Of a stretch of 64,000 nt of DNA, positions 29,291-39,348 are shown piece by piece. Every line of letters begins with the position of its first letter. The stretch's first letter is position 1. The translations under genes were made by a program, and so were the position numbers. The notes beneath the pieces were generated by a model that did no database searches, was not told the origin of the DNA, and saw only the letters and a program-made list of their open reading frames with translations. The DNA comes from Cyanobacteria bacterium auto_48_18 (GTDB taxonomy: Bacteria > Cyanobacteriota > Vampirovibrionia > Obscuribacterales > Obscuribacteraceae), in contig JAVHQC010000029.1 of NCBI GenBank assembly GCA_036170915.1, positions 1 through 64,000 of the forward strand, in the 5' to 3' direction.

Positions 29291-30934
29291 ATGTCAGGCC
29301 GAAGCGAAAAGCGCATTCATAATTTGAAACTTGATGGCCATAGCTTGACCATTGAAGATGTAGAACTTGTGGCCGACGGTGACGCTGACGTCGAGCTTTC
29401 GCAAGTAGCCATGGAACAATTGAGGGCCTCGCGCCAGATTGTCGAAGATTTCTTGCAAAGACGGGCGGTGGTGTACGGCATTACCACTGGTTTTGGCAAG
29501 TTCAAAGATGTCTACATCGCCCCAGAGCAAACCGAACAACTGCAGCGTAATTTTTTATTTTCTCACGCTTGCGGAATGGGCGATTTATTCGACAATCGCA
29601 CAGTACGAGCCATAACAGTACTGCGTGCCAACGCCCTTGCTAAAGGGTTTTCAGGCATCAGAACTGAAGTGGTCAGTCTGCTGGTATCACTTCTAAATTC
29701 TGATATCCATCCATTAATTCCGCAACAGGGTTCAGTTGGTGCCTCAGGTGATCTGGCACCACTTTCACATCTGGCACTGACTCTCATAGGCGAAGGTAGC
29801 GCTGAATATAAGGGCGAAGTTTTGCCCAGTAAAGATGCCCTGGCCAAAGCAGGACTGACGCCGGTTGTACTTAAAGCGAAAGAAGGACTGGCATTGACCA
29901 ATGGCACTCAGGTGATGAGTGCGCTTGGCTGCCTGACGGTGATTGAAGCTGAAAGATTAGCCAAAATGGCCGACATAATTGGTGCCATGAGTCTAGAGGC
30001 ACAACTAGGATCGCAAAAAGCATTTCTGCCTCAGGTTCATGACGTCAGGCCGCATCCTGGGCAGAAAGCGTCGGCTGCAAATTTGATCAAGCTTCTGGCA
30101 GAAAGCGAATTGATGGAAAGTCACAAAGATTGCCCCATGGTCCAAGACGCATACTCACTGCGTTGCATGCCTCAAGTGCATGGCGCATCAAGACAGGCTT
30201 TCAAGCACGCGCGCGAGGTGCTGTCTATTGAAATAAACTCCGCCACAGACAACCCTCTAGTGTTTTCAGACCAGGTAATTTCAGGTGGAAATTTCCACGG
30301 ACAGCCACTAGCACTGGTGCTCGATTATGTTGGTATCGCACTGGCCGAACTGGCCAACATTTCAGAAAGACGCACTGAAAGGCTCGTTAACCCTGCGCTT
30401 TCAAATGGCTTACCAGCATTTCTCACTCGCAATGGCGGCTTAAACTCAGGCTATATGATTGCTCAATATACAGCTGCGGCAATTGTTTCTGAAAACAAAG
30501 TGCTGGCTCATCCGGCTTCGGTCGACTCAATTCCAACATCAGCCAATCAAGAAGATCATGTTTCTATGGGCACCATTTCAGCTCGTAAGGCTCAAACCAT
30601 ACTTCACAATTTGCGCCGCGTGCTGGCAATCGAACTACTGTGCGCCGCTCAGGGTCTTGATTTGCGTTGCGGCGTAATTGACGCTGTGCCTGATGTTGGT
30701 CACGTCACCAGTGCTAAACCAAAAACAGCAGCGAAATTTACTCCCGGTTCCATTGCCAAACACGGGCTCAAAGCAGGAAAAGGGGTCGAAGCTGCCTATC
30801 GCTATGTGCGCACCATTATTCCGCACCTTGAAGAAGATCGTGAAATGCATCTCGATATGGCGCAAGCTGAGGCAATTATTGCTTCTGGTCAACTTCTGAC
30901 TGTGGTAGAAAGTGTTACCGGTGCACTGGAATAG
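29291..30934 (+). CDS. hutH: Histidine ammonia-lyase
   Basis: VYGITTGFG, SH selectivity motif (LFSHACG), GSVGASGDLAPL (MIO ASG), QDAYSLRC and SGGNFHGQP. Confidence 0.96.
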   Translation: MSGRSEKRIHNLKLDGHSLTIEDVELVADGDADVELSQVAMEQLRASRQIVEDFLQRRAVVYGITTGFGKFKDVYIAPEQTEQLQRNFLFSHACGMGDLFDNRTVRAITVLRANALAKGFSGIRTEVVSLLVSLLNSDIHPLIPQQGSVGASGDLAPLSHLALTLIGEGSAEYKGEVLPSKDALAKAGLTPVVLKAKEGLALTNGTQVMSALGCLTVIEAERLAKMADIIGAMSLEAQLGSQKAFLPQVHDVRPHPGQKASAANLIKLLAESELMESHKDCPMVQDAYSLRCMPQVHGASRQAFKHAREVLSIEINSATDNPLVFSDQVISGGNFHGQPLALVLDYVGIALAELANISERRTERLVNPALSNGLPAFLTRNGGLNSGYMIAQYTAAAIVSENKVLAHPASVDSIPTSANQEDHVSMGTISARKAQTILHNLRRVLAIELLCAAQGLDLRCGVIDAVPDVGHVTSAKPKTAAKFTPGSIAKHGLKAGKGVEAAYRYVRTIIPHLEEDREMHLDMAQAEAIIASGQLLTVVESVTGALE

Positions 30935-30975
30935 GCTTATCAGTGTCACCGCCGGCGGTACTAAAGGAGTAACAC

Positions 30976-31962
30976 GTGGCCGATAGCAGCGTAAGATCTT
31001 CTGCAATTGCCAGCGTGGCAACTGTTGTTACTTCTGTAGAAGTTCAACCTCAAGACCAGCCGGCCATGCTCGTTGAACAACTGGTCAAATTGCAAATCGC
31101 CGGCGCCAGAACGAGCGGATTCTGGAGCGGTGAAATCATCTCACCCAAAAGTTCAAAAGAATCCAAAGAATCGAGCGGTTCAACCTGGCAGCTGGTGCAG
31201 CGTTTTACTTCTGCCGAGCAAGCTACAGCCTGGCTACAGTCAAAGACTCATCAAGAACTGTTAGAAGAAATAACCGCTGGCGAAAGTGGTGCAAAATTGA
31301 AGGTTTCATCTGAGCTTTCTCAAGATGTTGACGCTGATGTAGCAACAGCCATCGTCACTGCCCTTAAAAACGGAAGTGAAGAACAATTTTTTGCCTGGGA
31401 AGAGAAGATTCAAGCCGCCCAGGCACGGCAGCCAGGTTTTAGCGGCTCTTATTTGCAACCACCCTCACCAGGGCGGAAAAGTGTATGGGCCACAGTGCTG
31501 CGCTTCAAATCTCCAGAAGCACTTGAGGCCTGGTTCGCCTGTGATGAACGAAAAGTGTTGCTCAAAGAAGCAGACTCATTTGTCAAAACCACTCACATTC
31601 AAAAAGTGCCCACTTCCTATCCCGGATGGTTTCCACACGATGAACTCACCGGCGCGTCACCGGCCAGGTGGAAAACCGCGGTGCTGATACTGTTGGGTCT
31701 ATTTCCCATAGTCACTTTTGAACTGCTTTTTGTTAACCCTTATTTGAAGCAGTTGCACTTTCCCATCAGAATGCTTATCAGCCTGGCAGGAAGTGTAACT
31801 TGCACCACCTATCTGACTATGCCGTTCTTAATTAAGTCGTTTAACTGGTGGCTTTTACCTGACGAAGAAAAGCGAGCCAAAGTCGAACTTAAAGCCGCAC
31901 TTTTGCTGATTTCAATTTTTGCTTTAGAAATTGCCGCTTTCTGGCAAGCCAAACCTAATTAA
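30976..31962 (+). CDS. ABM (antibiotic biosynthesis monooxygenase-like) domain membrane protein
   Basis: Two ferredoxin-like ABM-type repeats (W..V.RF.S.E...AW), GWF...PARWKTA and C-terminal TM helices. AAGGAG RBS with GTG start. Confidence 0.75.
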   Translation: MADSSVRSSAIASVATVVTSVEVQPQDQPAMLVEQLVKLQIAGARTSGFWSGEIISPKSSKESKESSGSTWQLVQRFTSAEQATAWLQSKTHQELLEEITAGESGAKLKVSSELSQDVDADVATAIVTALKNGSEEQFFAWEEKIQAAQARQPGFSGSYLQPPSPGRKSVWATVLRFKSPEALEAWFACDERKVLLKEADSFVKTTHIQKVPTSYPGWFPHDELTGASPARWKTAVLILLGLFPIVTFELLFVNPYLKQLHFPIRMLISLAGSVTCTTYLTMPFLIKSFNWWLLPDEEKRAKVELKAALLLISIFALEIAAFWQAKPN

Positions 31963-32159
31963 ACGGCGCGCATGCCTTGCATGCAAATTACTTCACCACC
32001 GCTGCTGGCCGATTCGCGCAATTGCTGAGCGCGCATCGCTCTTTCGTTGGCGAGATATGCCTGCATGGTAGCGGCCATGTCATCAGCGCTTGAAGCGGTT
32101 TGTTTACGCTTCATTTTTTCCGAGAGAAAACTGACAATGTTTTGATTTTGCTCGTTCAT
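31959..32159 (-). CDS. Small hypothetical protein (66 aa)
   Basis: Starts 3 bp after the aminotransferase stop, with AGGAG upstream. Confidence 0.5.
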   Translation of the reverse strand: MNEQNQNIVSFLSEKMKRKQTASSADDMAATMQAYLANERAMRAQQLRESASSGGEVICMQGMRAV

Positions 32160-32162
32160 TGA

Positions 32163-33782
32163 CTAGCTCCTGGTTTTAGCACGATAAGATGCTTTCGACT
32201 TAGGTTTGTCTTTCTTACCAGCCGCTTTTTTAACGCCGGCTTTATTTGGTTTGGCAACTTTTTTCTTTTTCTTGCCCGATTCTGACAAACGTACAGGAGT
32301 CAGAGTTGGGGTTATCACTTTATCGTTGCGCAGTTTTCGAGCTTTACTGATTAAAGTTGGCCTTCTGCGGTGGCGAATTTTTGTCAGCGGAGTAACTTCT
32401 GCCCCAGGCGCATCTGGAGCCGGGACCGACATGGTGACAGCAGCAGAATCAGCCATTTCTTGCAGTTCAGCCAGGCGACCAGAATTGATATCGATCAGCA
32501 CTGACTCGAGAGCATCAATCATGAAATTGATTTGCGACTCAGTAATAATCAATGGCGGTTCGATTCTGAAAGTACGGTTGGAATTAAGAGTAGAAGCCAC
32601 AATTACGCCGCGATGGAAAAGCTCTACTTGAATTGCTTCACGCAAATCTTGGCTGGTGAATTCGAGTCCGATTAGCAAACCGCGACCGCGAACATCAAAA
32701 ATATGCTCAGGATATTTCTCTTTTAACTCGTTCAATTTGCGCATGAAATAATTGCCCATCAAGGCAGCGCGAGCAGGCAAATGCTCTTCGAGCAAAACTT
32801 CGATGCAGGCTGAAGCAGCTGAACAAGCCAGCGGGTTGCCACCAAATGTGGAGTTGTGAATGGTTGGATTCGGCTCTAATACTTTCCAGATTTTGGCTGT
32901 TGACATAAAGGCGCCGATTGGCATTACGCCACCACCCAGTGCTTTTGCCAGACACAAAATATCTGGAACCACGCTTTCGTGCTCACAAGCAAACATGCGA
33001 CCGGTACGGCCCATGCCGGTTTGCACTTCGTCAAGAATAAGTAGAATGCCATATTTTTCAGTTAGCTGGCGAACTTTTCTCAAGTAGCCTTCGAAAGGCA
33101 CGTTGATTCCGCCTTCACCTTGAATCGGCTCTAAAATCACAGCTGCGGTCTGATCAGTAATGGCAGCTTCCATAGCTTCGATATTGCCAAACTCAACGTG
33201 ACTGAAGCCATTCAAAAGTGGAGCAAATGGTTTACGGAAAACGTCGCGGCCAGTGGCGGAGAGCGCACCCATACTGACGCCGTGATAAGCATTTTTGGTG
33301 GAAATAATCTCAGTTTTGCCGGTGTAAAGGCGGGCCAATTTGATGGCGCCTTCTACAGCTTCACTGCCGCTATTGCAGAAGAATGAATACTGCAAATCAC
33401 CAGGAGTGATGGCGGCCAACTGACTGGCAAGATGTGCTGACCACGGATTGATCAGTTCTTGGCTATGCAAGCAAACCTGGTCAAGCTGCATTTTTACAGC
33501 GTTAATTACTTTTGGATGGCGGTGTCCAACGTTGAAAATACCGTATCCGCCGAGGCAGTCGAGGTAACGACGACCTTTGTTGTCGTAGGTATAAACACCC
33601 TCATCTCTAAACTCAACAGCACCTTCGGCTCCAGAGAGCTTTTGCGAATAGGCGTTATTTAAGTGATTAATGGAATTGCTCAGCGCGCGCGATGCAATAT
33701 CTTCATAGTGATCAGCCTGGTCAGTATTGACTTTTGCCAGGGGGAACCTTTTGACCTGATTTTCTTTTTTATAAACTGCCAT
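32163..33782 (-). CDS. patA: Class III aminotransferase, putrescine aminotransferase-like, with a long basic C-terminal tail
   Basis: DCLGGYGIFNVGHRHP, LHSQEL, YSFFCNSGSEAVE, EPIQGEGG, DEVQTGMGRTG and PDILCLAKALGGGVMPIGA (PLP Lys). Resembles E. coli PatA/YgjG. Confidence 0.85.
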   Translation of the reverse strand: MAVYKKENQVKRFPLAKVNTDQADHYEDIASRALSNSINHLNNAYSQKLSGAEGAVEFRDEGVYTYDNKGRRYLDCLGGYGIFNVGHRHPKVINAVKMQLDQVCLHSQELINPWSAHLASQLAAITPGDLQYSFFCNSGSEAVEGAIKLARLYTGKTEIISTKNAYHGVSMGALSATGRDVFRKPFAPLLNGFSHVEFGNIEAMEAAITDQTAAVILEPIQGEGGINVPFEGYLRKVRQLTEKYGILLILDEVQTGMGRTGRMFACEHESVVPDILCLAKALGGGVMPIGAFMSTAKIWKVLEPNPTIHNSTFGGNPLACSAASACIEVLLEEHLPARAALMGNYFMRKLNELKEKYPEHIFDVRGRGLLIGLEFTSQDLREAIQVELFHRGVIVASTLNSNRTFRIEPPLIITESQINFMIDALESVLIDINSGRLAELQEMADSAAVTMSVPAPDAPGAEVTPLTKIRHRRRPTLISKARKLRNDKVITPTLTPVRLSESGKKKKKVAKPNKAGVKKAAGKKDKPKSKASYRAKTRS

Positions 33783-34390
33783 ATAAATACGCTGGTTGCG
33801 GCTACGAAAATGTGTGACACTGCCCACAGTGCTTAAAACTGCGGAATACTTTTCGTCAAGCCTTGGTGGTGACTTAAACTTATGAATTAGATTGCTGAAT
33901 TTTTGTTCGCCTGATTCGCGGCATGCAAGCTGCGATCAATATCCTGGTAGGTCATGAAACCTTAAGAGGCCACGAACATCTAACCGCGATTTTTAAGCCC
34001 GCTAATGAAAAGAATTTTTCAGGGCTCTCGCCTTGGATGCTTTTGATAGTACTGGTGTTACAGCACGCATAATTTCCGGACCGATTTCTGTAGTCTTACC
34101 GGGATACCGAACTAGTAAAAAAGCTGTTGGCTGATTTATGAAGCCCACACCTGGATTTTTATTCCGCAAAATCGCGGTCTCCACGGCTTTTTCACTGGTC
34201 CTTATACATCTAATGTACACCACAAGCCGCATTAGACACAATGTGCACTCTGTACAAAAACCGCTACCAGAATTTAGCCAGAGTGTCTAAGAGAATCTTT
34301 ACACTCTACTGACAACACCGTCATATTTGACTTCACCTTAAGCGGAACAACCTTTCGAAAGGCGGCGTCTTGGGCCATAATTACCTCAAT

Positions 34391-34428
34391 TGGCCGCCTA
34401 CATATAAAATGGCCTCCTACATATAAAA
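34391..34428. repeat. 19-bp direct tandem duplication TGGCC(G/T)CCTACATATAAAA
   Basis: Two adjacent copies with one mismatch, upstream of the TPR gene. Confidence 0.85.
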
Positions 34429-34462
34429 ATAGCTAGCAGTAACAGTTAACGGTAAAAATCGG

Positions 34463-36574
34463 GTGCTAAAAAGAGCAATGTCTTCATCACATCTAAATTG
34501 TCGTCTGGCATCGTCACTCTTACTCACCAGCCTCCTTACGACGCTGCCAGGTTTACCAGCTCAGGCCCTCGACAAATTAGACCCCACTAGCGCCAATAGG
34601 CCCACAGCGCAAGTGATGCCGAAAGCCATGCTGGAACGTTATTATCAGGGCGTCACCTACTTTAAGGCCGGCGATTTAGATAAGGCTCTGGCAGCATTTC
34701 GTGCGGTGGTAATTAGCGCGCCATATGACCCCATGGTGCACCTTAGCCTGGCCGCAGTTTTGCACCAATCAGGCGACCTTGATAACGCTATTGCCGAATA
34801 TCGCCGCGCTCTAAGCTTAAGACCGGGCGACGCATTCGCTAGAATGAGCCTGGGTGGTCTATTGCAATCGCAAGGTCAGCTGCAAGAAGCCGTGATTGAA
34901 TATGATCACGCCATCAAGCTGCGCCCTGAAGTAGTGCTATTTCGTCTGCCTCTGGGCATTGCCCTGAGAATTGGAGGCAATAAAGATGAGGCCATTGCCG
35001 AACTGCGGCAGGTTGTGGCTGCTTATCCCTACAATCTAAAAGCGCTGGCGCAGCTGGCCGCCACATATGAAGATAAGGGGCAATACCAGCAGGCATTGAC
35101 TGAGTATCGCAAAATTCTTGTGCACCAACCGCAGAATTTTTCTATTCAATTTAATGCAGGCGCATGCTTGTTGGCTCTTAAAGACTATGCCGCCGCAGTG
35201 GAAACATTAACTAAGGCCGTGCAGCTCGATAGCTCTGTGCCGGAAGCTCATGCGCTGCTAGGGGCAGCACTATCGGCCAGCGGTCGCTATCCGCAGGCTG
35301 TCAGTGAACTACGCGCCGCTATTGCTATAAAGGCTGACCGGGCTGATTGGTACAGCCAATTAGGCGAAGCGCTAAACAAGCAAAAAGATACTAAAGGAGC
35401 GATTGAAGCTTACCGTCAGGCGCAAGTGCTAGATCCTAAAGACATAAACAGTGGCTATACATTGGGCTATCTATTGCAAAATAACGGCGATTTAGACGAA
35501 GCCGCCAGCTCTTTTGAGCACGTGGTCAGCCTGAGCCCGAACTTCGCCAACGCTCACTATAACCTCGGCATTATCAAACAAAAGAAAAAAGATCTGGACG
35601 GCGCCGAGCACGAGTTTAAGCAGGTACTGACCATTAACCCAACCGATGGTCAAGCCATGATTAACCTCGGCCGGACTTTTATTCTTAAAAACGATCCAGG
35701 TCAAGCGGCGGGGTATTATCGCCAGGGTTTGAGTCTTGAACCAAACGACCCTGCGGCTTTTCAGGAATTGGCCAACGCTTTGATCAAAATGAAAGACCTT
35801 GTGGGAGCCCGTTCTGCTTTAGAAGGTGCTCTGGCGATTGTGCCTGAAGACCGCAACGCCATTCTGGCCATGGCCAATTTGGAGAGCCTGGAGGGCACAC
35901 CAGCCAAGGGTGAAGCTCGACTGCGGGCCTTGATCATGCGTTATCCGAACGACCTTGAGTTACTGAACTTGCTGGCAGACAATCTGTCTGAGCAGGGCAA
36001 ACAGATTCTGGCTATCGATACTTATCAGCGCATCATTCAGTTAAATCCGACTTCAGCAGACGCATACAACGACCTGGGCTTGGCTTTGCAGAAGAAAGAA
36101 GATATGGGTGCCGCCACCACTATGTACAAAAAAGCCATTGACCTCAATCCTACCTTTGTCGAACCGCACATTAACCTGGGCAATATCTATCTCACGGCAA
36201 AGAACTACAACGACGCCAGTGTTCAGTATCAAAAAGCCCTAGAACTAAAGGCTGACAATGCTCTGGCTCACTACAATTTGGGCCTTACTTATAATGGCCT
36301 GGAAAACACAGAAGGTGCCCTGGCTGAGTACAATCTGGCAGTCAAATATGACCCTAATTTTGCCAATGCCTATTACGCCATTGGCCTGTCATACCAAAAT
36401 AAAAACGAAATCGAGCTGGCTGTGCCTGCCTTCGAGAAATATCTCAGCTTAGACCCTGCCGGGCCCTATAGCAGCACAGTTAAAACCACTCTTGAGCGAC
36501 TGCGGCCGGGCAGCGTGGGTGATTCTGGTGGTGGCGCTCAGCCTGGTGTGGCGCCTGGTGGCGGGTCGATGTGA
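34463..36574 (+). CDS. Secreted multi-TPR protein (about 17-18 TPRs)
   Basis: Signal peptide (AQA-LD) and continuous 34-aa TPR periodicity (AHYNLG, AYNDLG). Start may be ATG 34478. Confidence 0.92.
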   Translation: MLKRAMSSSHLNCRLASSLLLTSLLTTLPGLPAQALDKLDPTSANRPTAQVMPKAMLERYYQGVTYFKAGDLDKALAAFRAVVISAPYDPMVHLSLAAVLHQSGDLDNAIAEYRRALSLRPGDAFARMSLGGLLQSQGQLQEAVIEYDHAIKLRPEVVLFRLPLGIALRIGGNKDEAIAELRQVVAAYPYNLKALAQLAATYEDKGQYQQALTEYRKILVHQPQNFSIQFNAGACLLALKDYAAAVETLTKAVQLDSSVPEAHALLGAALSASGRYPQAVSELRAAIAIKADRADWYSQLGEALNKQKDTKGAIEAYRQAQVLDPKDINSGYTLGYLLQNNGDLDEAASSFEHVVSLSPNFANAHYNLGIIKQKKKDLDGAEHEFKQVLTINPTDGQAMINLGRTFILKNDPGQAAGYYRQGLSLEPNDPAAFQELANALIKMKDLVGARSALEGALAIVPEDRNAILAMANLESLEGTPAKGEARLRALIMRYPNDLELLNLLADNLSEQGKQILAIDTYQRIIQLNPTSADAYNDLGLALQKKEDMGAATTMYKKAIDLNPTFVEPHINLGNIYLTAKNYNDASVQYQKALELKADNALAHYNLGLTYNGLENTEGALAEYNLAVKYDPNFANAYYAIGLSYQNKNEIELAVPAFEKYLSLDPAGPYSSTVKTTLERLRPGSVGDSGGGAQPGVAPGGGSM

Positions 36575-36584
36575 CATCTTTTGT

Positions 36585-36614
36585 AGAAAAAATACCTCCG
36601 GAGGTATTTTTTCT
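36585..36614. terminator. Perfect 30-bp palindrome, likely a bidirectional terminator
   Basis: AGAAAAAATACCTCCGGAGGTATTTTTTCT, 10 bp after the TPR gene stop. Confidence 0.8.
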
Positions 36615-36764
36615 CGCAGTGACATCTGTCCAACGACCAATTCCTAGCGAATATTCAACTTAAAGAAAGGTGGCGCAAGCGAGATTGCAGGCGTCCGCCG
36701 TGGCATAACTCTGGAACGACATGTTATCCGCCACTGGCTGAGCAGTGTATTTAAGGAAAAATAT

Positions 36765-37538
36765 TTGATGGCATGCGGAGGCGAAGTATCAGAACAGCGA
36801 TTTGAACACTTCGTGCCCACGTACGATTACATCAAGTTTGGCGACTATACGCGACCATTAATGGGGGCCGCAACTTTTGGCCTGGTGCTCTCATTTATAG
36901 TCAGCACTCTGGCGTTCTTCGTCAGTGGGCCACTGATGGCAGGCATGATGTTTCTCATCTGTCTGGCCGTTTATACTGTGCAATTTCCTCTAGGTTTTTT
37001 GCTCTCAGCATTTATGCATCACTGTTTGTTTTTGCACCGGCTGCGTAAACATGGGCCGACCTGGTATATCCGCAAACAAACTCTAGACATTCCTAAAGCT
37101 GAAGCGTTTGAGCTTTGTCTGGCTGCTTGCGGCCAGATTGAACGAGCGCGCATCAGCGACTATGACGAAAAAAATGGCGTGGTGCGTCTGCAAGTGAAAG
37201 GCAATTTTTGGATTACAGTTGATCGCATGGTGGCCATTCAAGTGCAAGAATCTGGCCCCAGATCTTCAGTGCTTTATGTTGATTCGCAAATCAAACTGAC
37301 CCGCTTTCGCAGTCGTCTGATTAAGGCCACCTGGGGCGAAAAGTGGTATCCCATTGTCTTTCGCACCGATCGCAATTTGAATAACAAATTGATGAATGTA
37401 ATTACTAACTTCATTGATTCAGTACCCAACTGGGATCACCGCCACGTCAGCGTGGAACAGAAGCTCGAAGATCTGGACAACTATGTGCATCCAACTTTAA
37501 ATAGCACCACTGAAGATGATTTGCATCACGCCGCCTGA
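36765..37538 (+). CDS. Hypothetical membrane protein (two N-terminal TM helices)
   Basis: 257-aa ORF with an AAGGA RBS and hydrophobic segments. Confidence 0.75.
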   Translation: MMACGGEVSEQRFEHFVPTYDYIKFGDYTRPLMGAATFGLVLSFIVSTLAFFVSGPLMAGMMFLICLAVYTVQFPLGFLLSAFMHHCLFLHRLRKHGPTWYIRKQTLDIPKAEAFELCLAACGQIERARISDYDEKNGVVRLQVKGNFWITVDRMVAIQVQESGPRSSVLYVDSQIKLTRFRSRLIKATWGEKWYPIVFRTDRNLNNKLMNVITNFIDSVPNWDHRHVSVEQKLEDLDNYVHPTLNSTTEDDLHHAA

Positions 37539-37577
37539 ATTTTAGTATTCGCACACAAGCAGTTGAGCATTGCCAAC

Positions 37578-39302
37578 TTATGGACTGCGTTTGGGAATTA
37601 ATTCCTGTATTCGGTCTTCTCCAATTCTGGGAAATGGAATGTAGTCATAAATCACATTTGTTGTTACCCAAGGTTTATAGGTGTTCTCCCGGTACGTTTG
37701 GCTTGCCCAGCGCCAGCCTGTAACCCGATCAGCTGCGTATTCAAACTCAATCCAACCTCCGACGCTACCGCACATGCCCGCGTAATTTCGATAGCAATTT
37801 CCGAAATCGGGCTTACCGAGCAGCGCTTCAACCTGCGATCTCGGCATGCCTATCAGATCATAACTTCTCAGGAAATTTGCAAACTGCTCGTTGCGAGAAT
37901 TGACCTCTCTCTTCCAGACGACCGGCGAAAATGACGGATCAATAGTCGACTTTATCAATCGATCACTTCCGACTGGATTCACATACCAAGCTTTGATACC
38001 ACTGGCGGTGATGCCTGACTTTGTTATGATTGTACAACTTTTCTCTATTTTGCTCTGCCCAACTACATCTTGAGCCAGAACCGCAGTCCCATTAGCAAAG
38101 GCAATTTCCTGGCAGTTGCGGGCTGAAAAGACTGTTTTTCCATCGGATGTGAGAAGGGAGATATTCTTCCGCTCCTTCACAAACCGGTTCTCGTCTGAAT
38201 TACTACCTTGATAACACAAAATGAGTCCATCAGACTCCTTGGCGGCAAAGGTCTCAGGTGGAAATTCAAACAGCCCAGAACCATCTGCCTTAATGCATGT
38301 TAACTGATCTCCGCTATTCCGCTGTGCCAAATAATTCTCGCCAGACAGAAATTCCAGTCGCATCCAGTTTGGTTGTAGAACATAATTGAACTTTTTGTCG
38401 ATGATTCCATATCTGAGCGTTCCATCCTTTGTCCTAATTCTAACTACGGCCAGCCCATGATGAAACCCAAAAATATTCTCGTATTCTGGGGACGAGATAC
38501 GGTGCCCGTGCTGATCGATGAGATAACAACGCCTCCTTTTTAGATCAGCATATGCGGACCACACCCTGGCGAATCCATCTTGATCAAAGCTAGTGGCCCC
38601 TTCGAACTGCGGTTTGATGGCAACGCGGCCAGCGCTGTCAAAGTATCCCCACAGTGGTGTTTGACCACTGCGGTCAATGAATAGCATTCGATTAGCGAAA
38701 ATTTTTCCATCGGCTACTGTACCGTAGTCGAATAACGCAAGTGTCCCGGCCTCGCTGAACCTTTTTCGAGAAAGCGCGTCAAACGCAAATGCCACTTTTC
38801 CGTCTTTATAAACGGAGAATAAGCCAATTTTCTCTCGACCAATTTGTTGGAATTCCGGTTCAAGAAGTATATTCCCCTCAAGATCGGCGAGCCCATAACC
38901 TTGACTCGAATAAATCTCCACGATTGAGCCAGCGGGGGGAGACGTCCCAGCCCAAGCAGCCTTCCCATCCGCTGACTTCGGAAGAAACAAATTTGTCAAA
39001 AAAGTATTCTTCGGAACCTGAACTTGAAGCTCTTTGCCATGTTCATTTACAACATGCCCAGAAGCCGATGGTTGCACCGAATTGGTATCTGTTACCTCGC
39101 GCAGCAAGAATAGCCCACTACCAACATAGCTCACGGAGCGGAAGTTGCACGGTACGATTTCACGCCCAGCAGTATCTATGATGGTGCATTTTATCCGAGG
39201 AAAGGATTGAGCGGCCAGATTTGAGCTCACCCAACTGGTAAGGAACAAAATAATGATCAAGATCATTTTGATAGGCCTTCTAATGTGTCCTCGACTGGGC
39301 AT
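37578..39302 (-). CDS. Exported WG-repeat (KWG-like) protein with a C-terminal SmpA/BamE-like motif
   Basis: WGYFDSAGRVAIKPQF and YGIIDKKFNYVLQP repeats; LIGMPRSQVEALLGKPD. Signal peptide present; true start may be ATG 39266. Confidence 0.8.
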   Translation of the reverse strand: MPSRGHIRRPIKMILIIILFLTSWVSSNLAAQSFPRIKCTIIDTAGREIVPCNFRSVSYVGSGLFLLREVTDTNSVQPSASGHVVNEHGKELQVQVPKNTFLTNLFLPKSADGKAAWAGTSPPAGSIVEIYSSQGYGLADLEGNILLEPEFQQIGREKIGLFSVYKDGKVAFAFDALSRKRFSEAGTLALFDYGTVADGKIFANRMLFIDRSGQTPLWGYFDSAGRVAIKPQFEGATSFDQDGFARVWSAYADLKRRRCYLIDQHGHRISSPEYENIFGFHHGLAVVRIRTKDGTLRYGIIDKKFNYVLQPNWMRLEFLSGENYLAQRNSGDQLTCIKADGSGLFEFPPETFAAKESDGLILCYQGSNSDENRFVKERKNISLLTSDGKTVFSARNCQEIAFANGTAVLAQDVVGQSKIEKSCTIITKSGITASGIKAWYVNPVGSDRLIKSTIDPSFSPVVWKREVNSRNEQFANFLRSYDLIGMPRSQVEALLGKPDFGNCYRNYAGMCGSVGGWIEFEYAADRVTGWRWASQTYRENTYKPWVTTNVIYDYIPFPRIGEDRIQELIPKRSP

Positions 39303-39348
39303 TCGAATTTCTCTAACCTATCTATTGGCGCGCTCGATAGCACGCACC

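Noticed and set aside
34340..34375. CGAAAG hairpin as a c-di-GMP-I riboswitch
   Set aside because: It lacks the GGCAAA/GACGCAAA junctions and the second stem.
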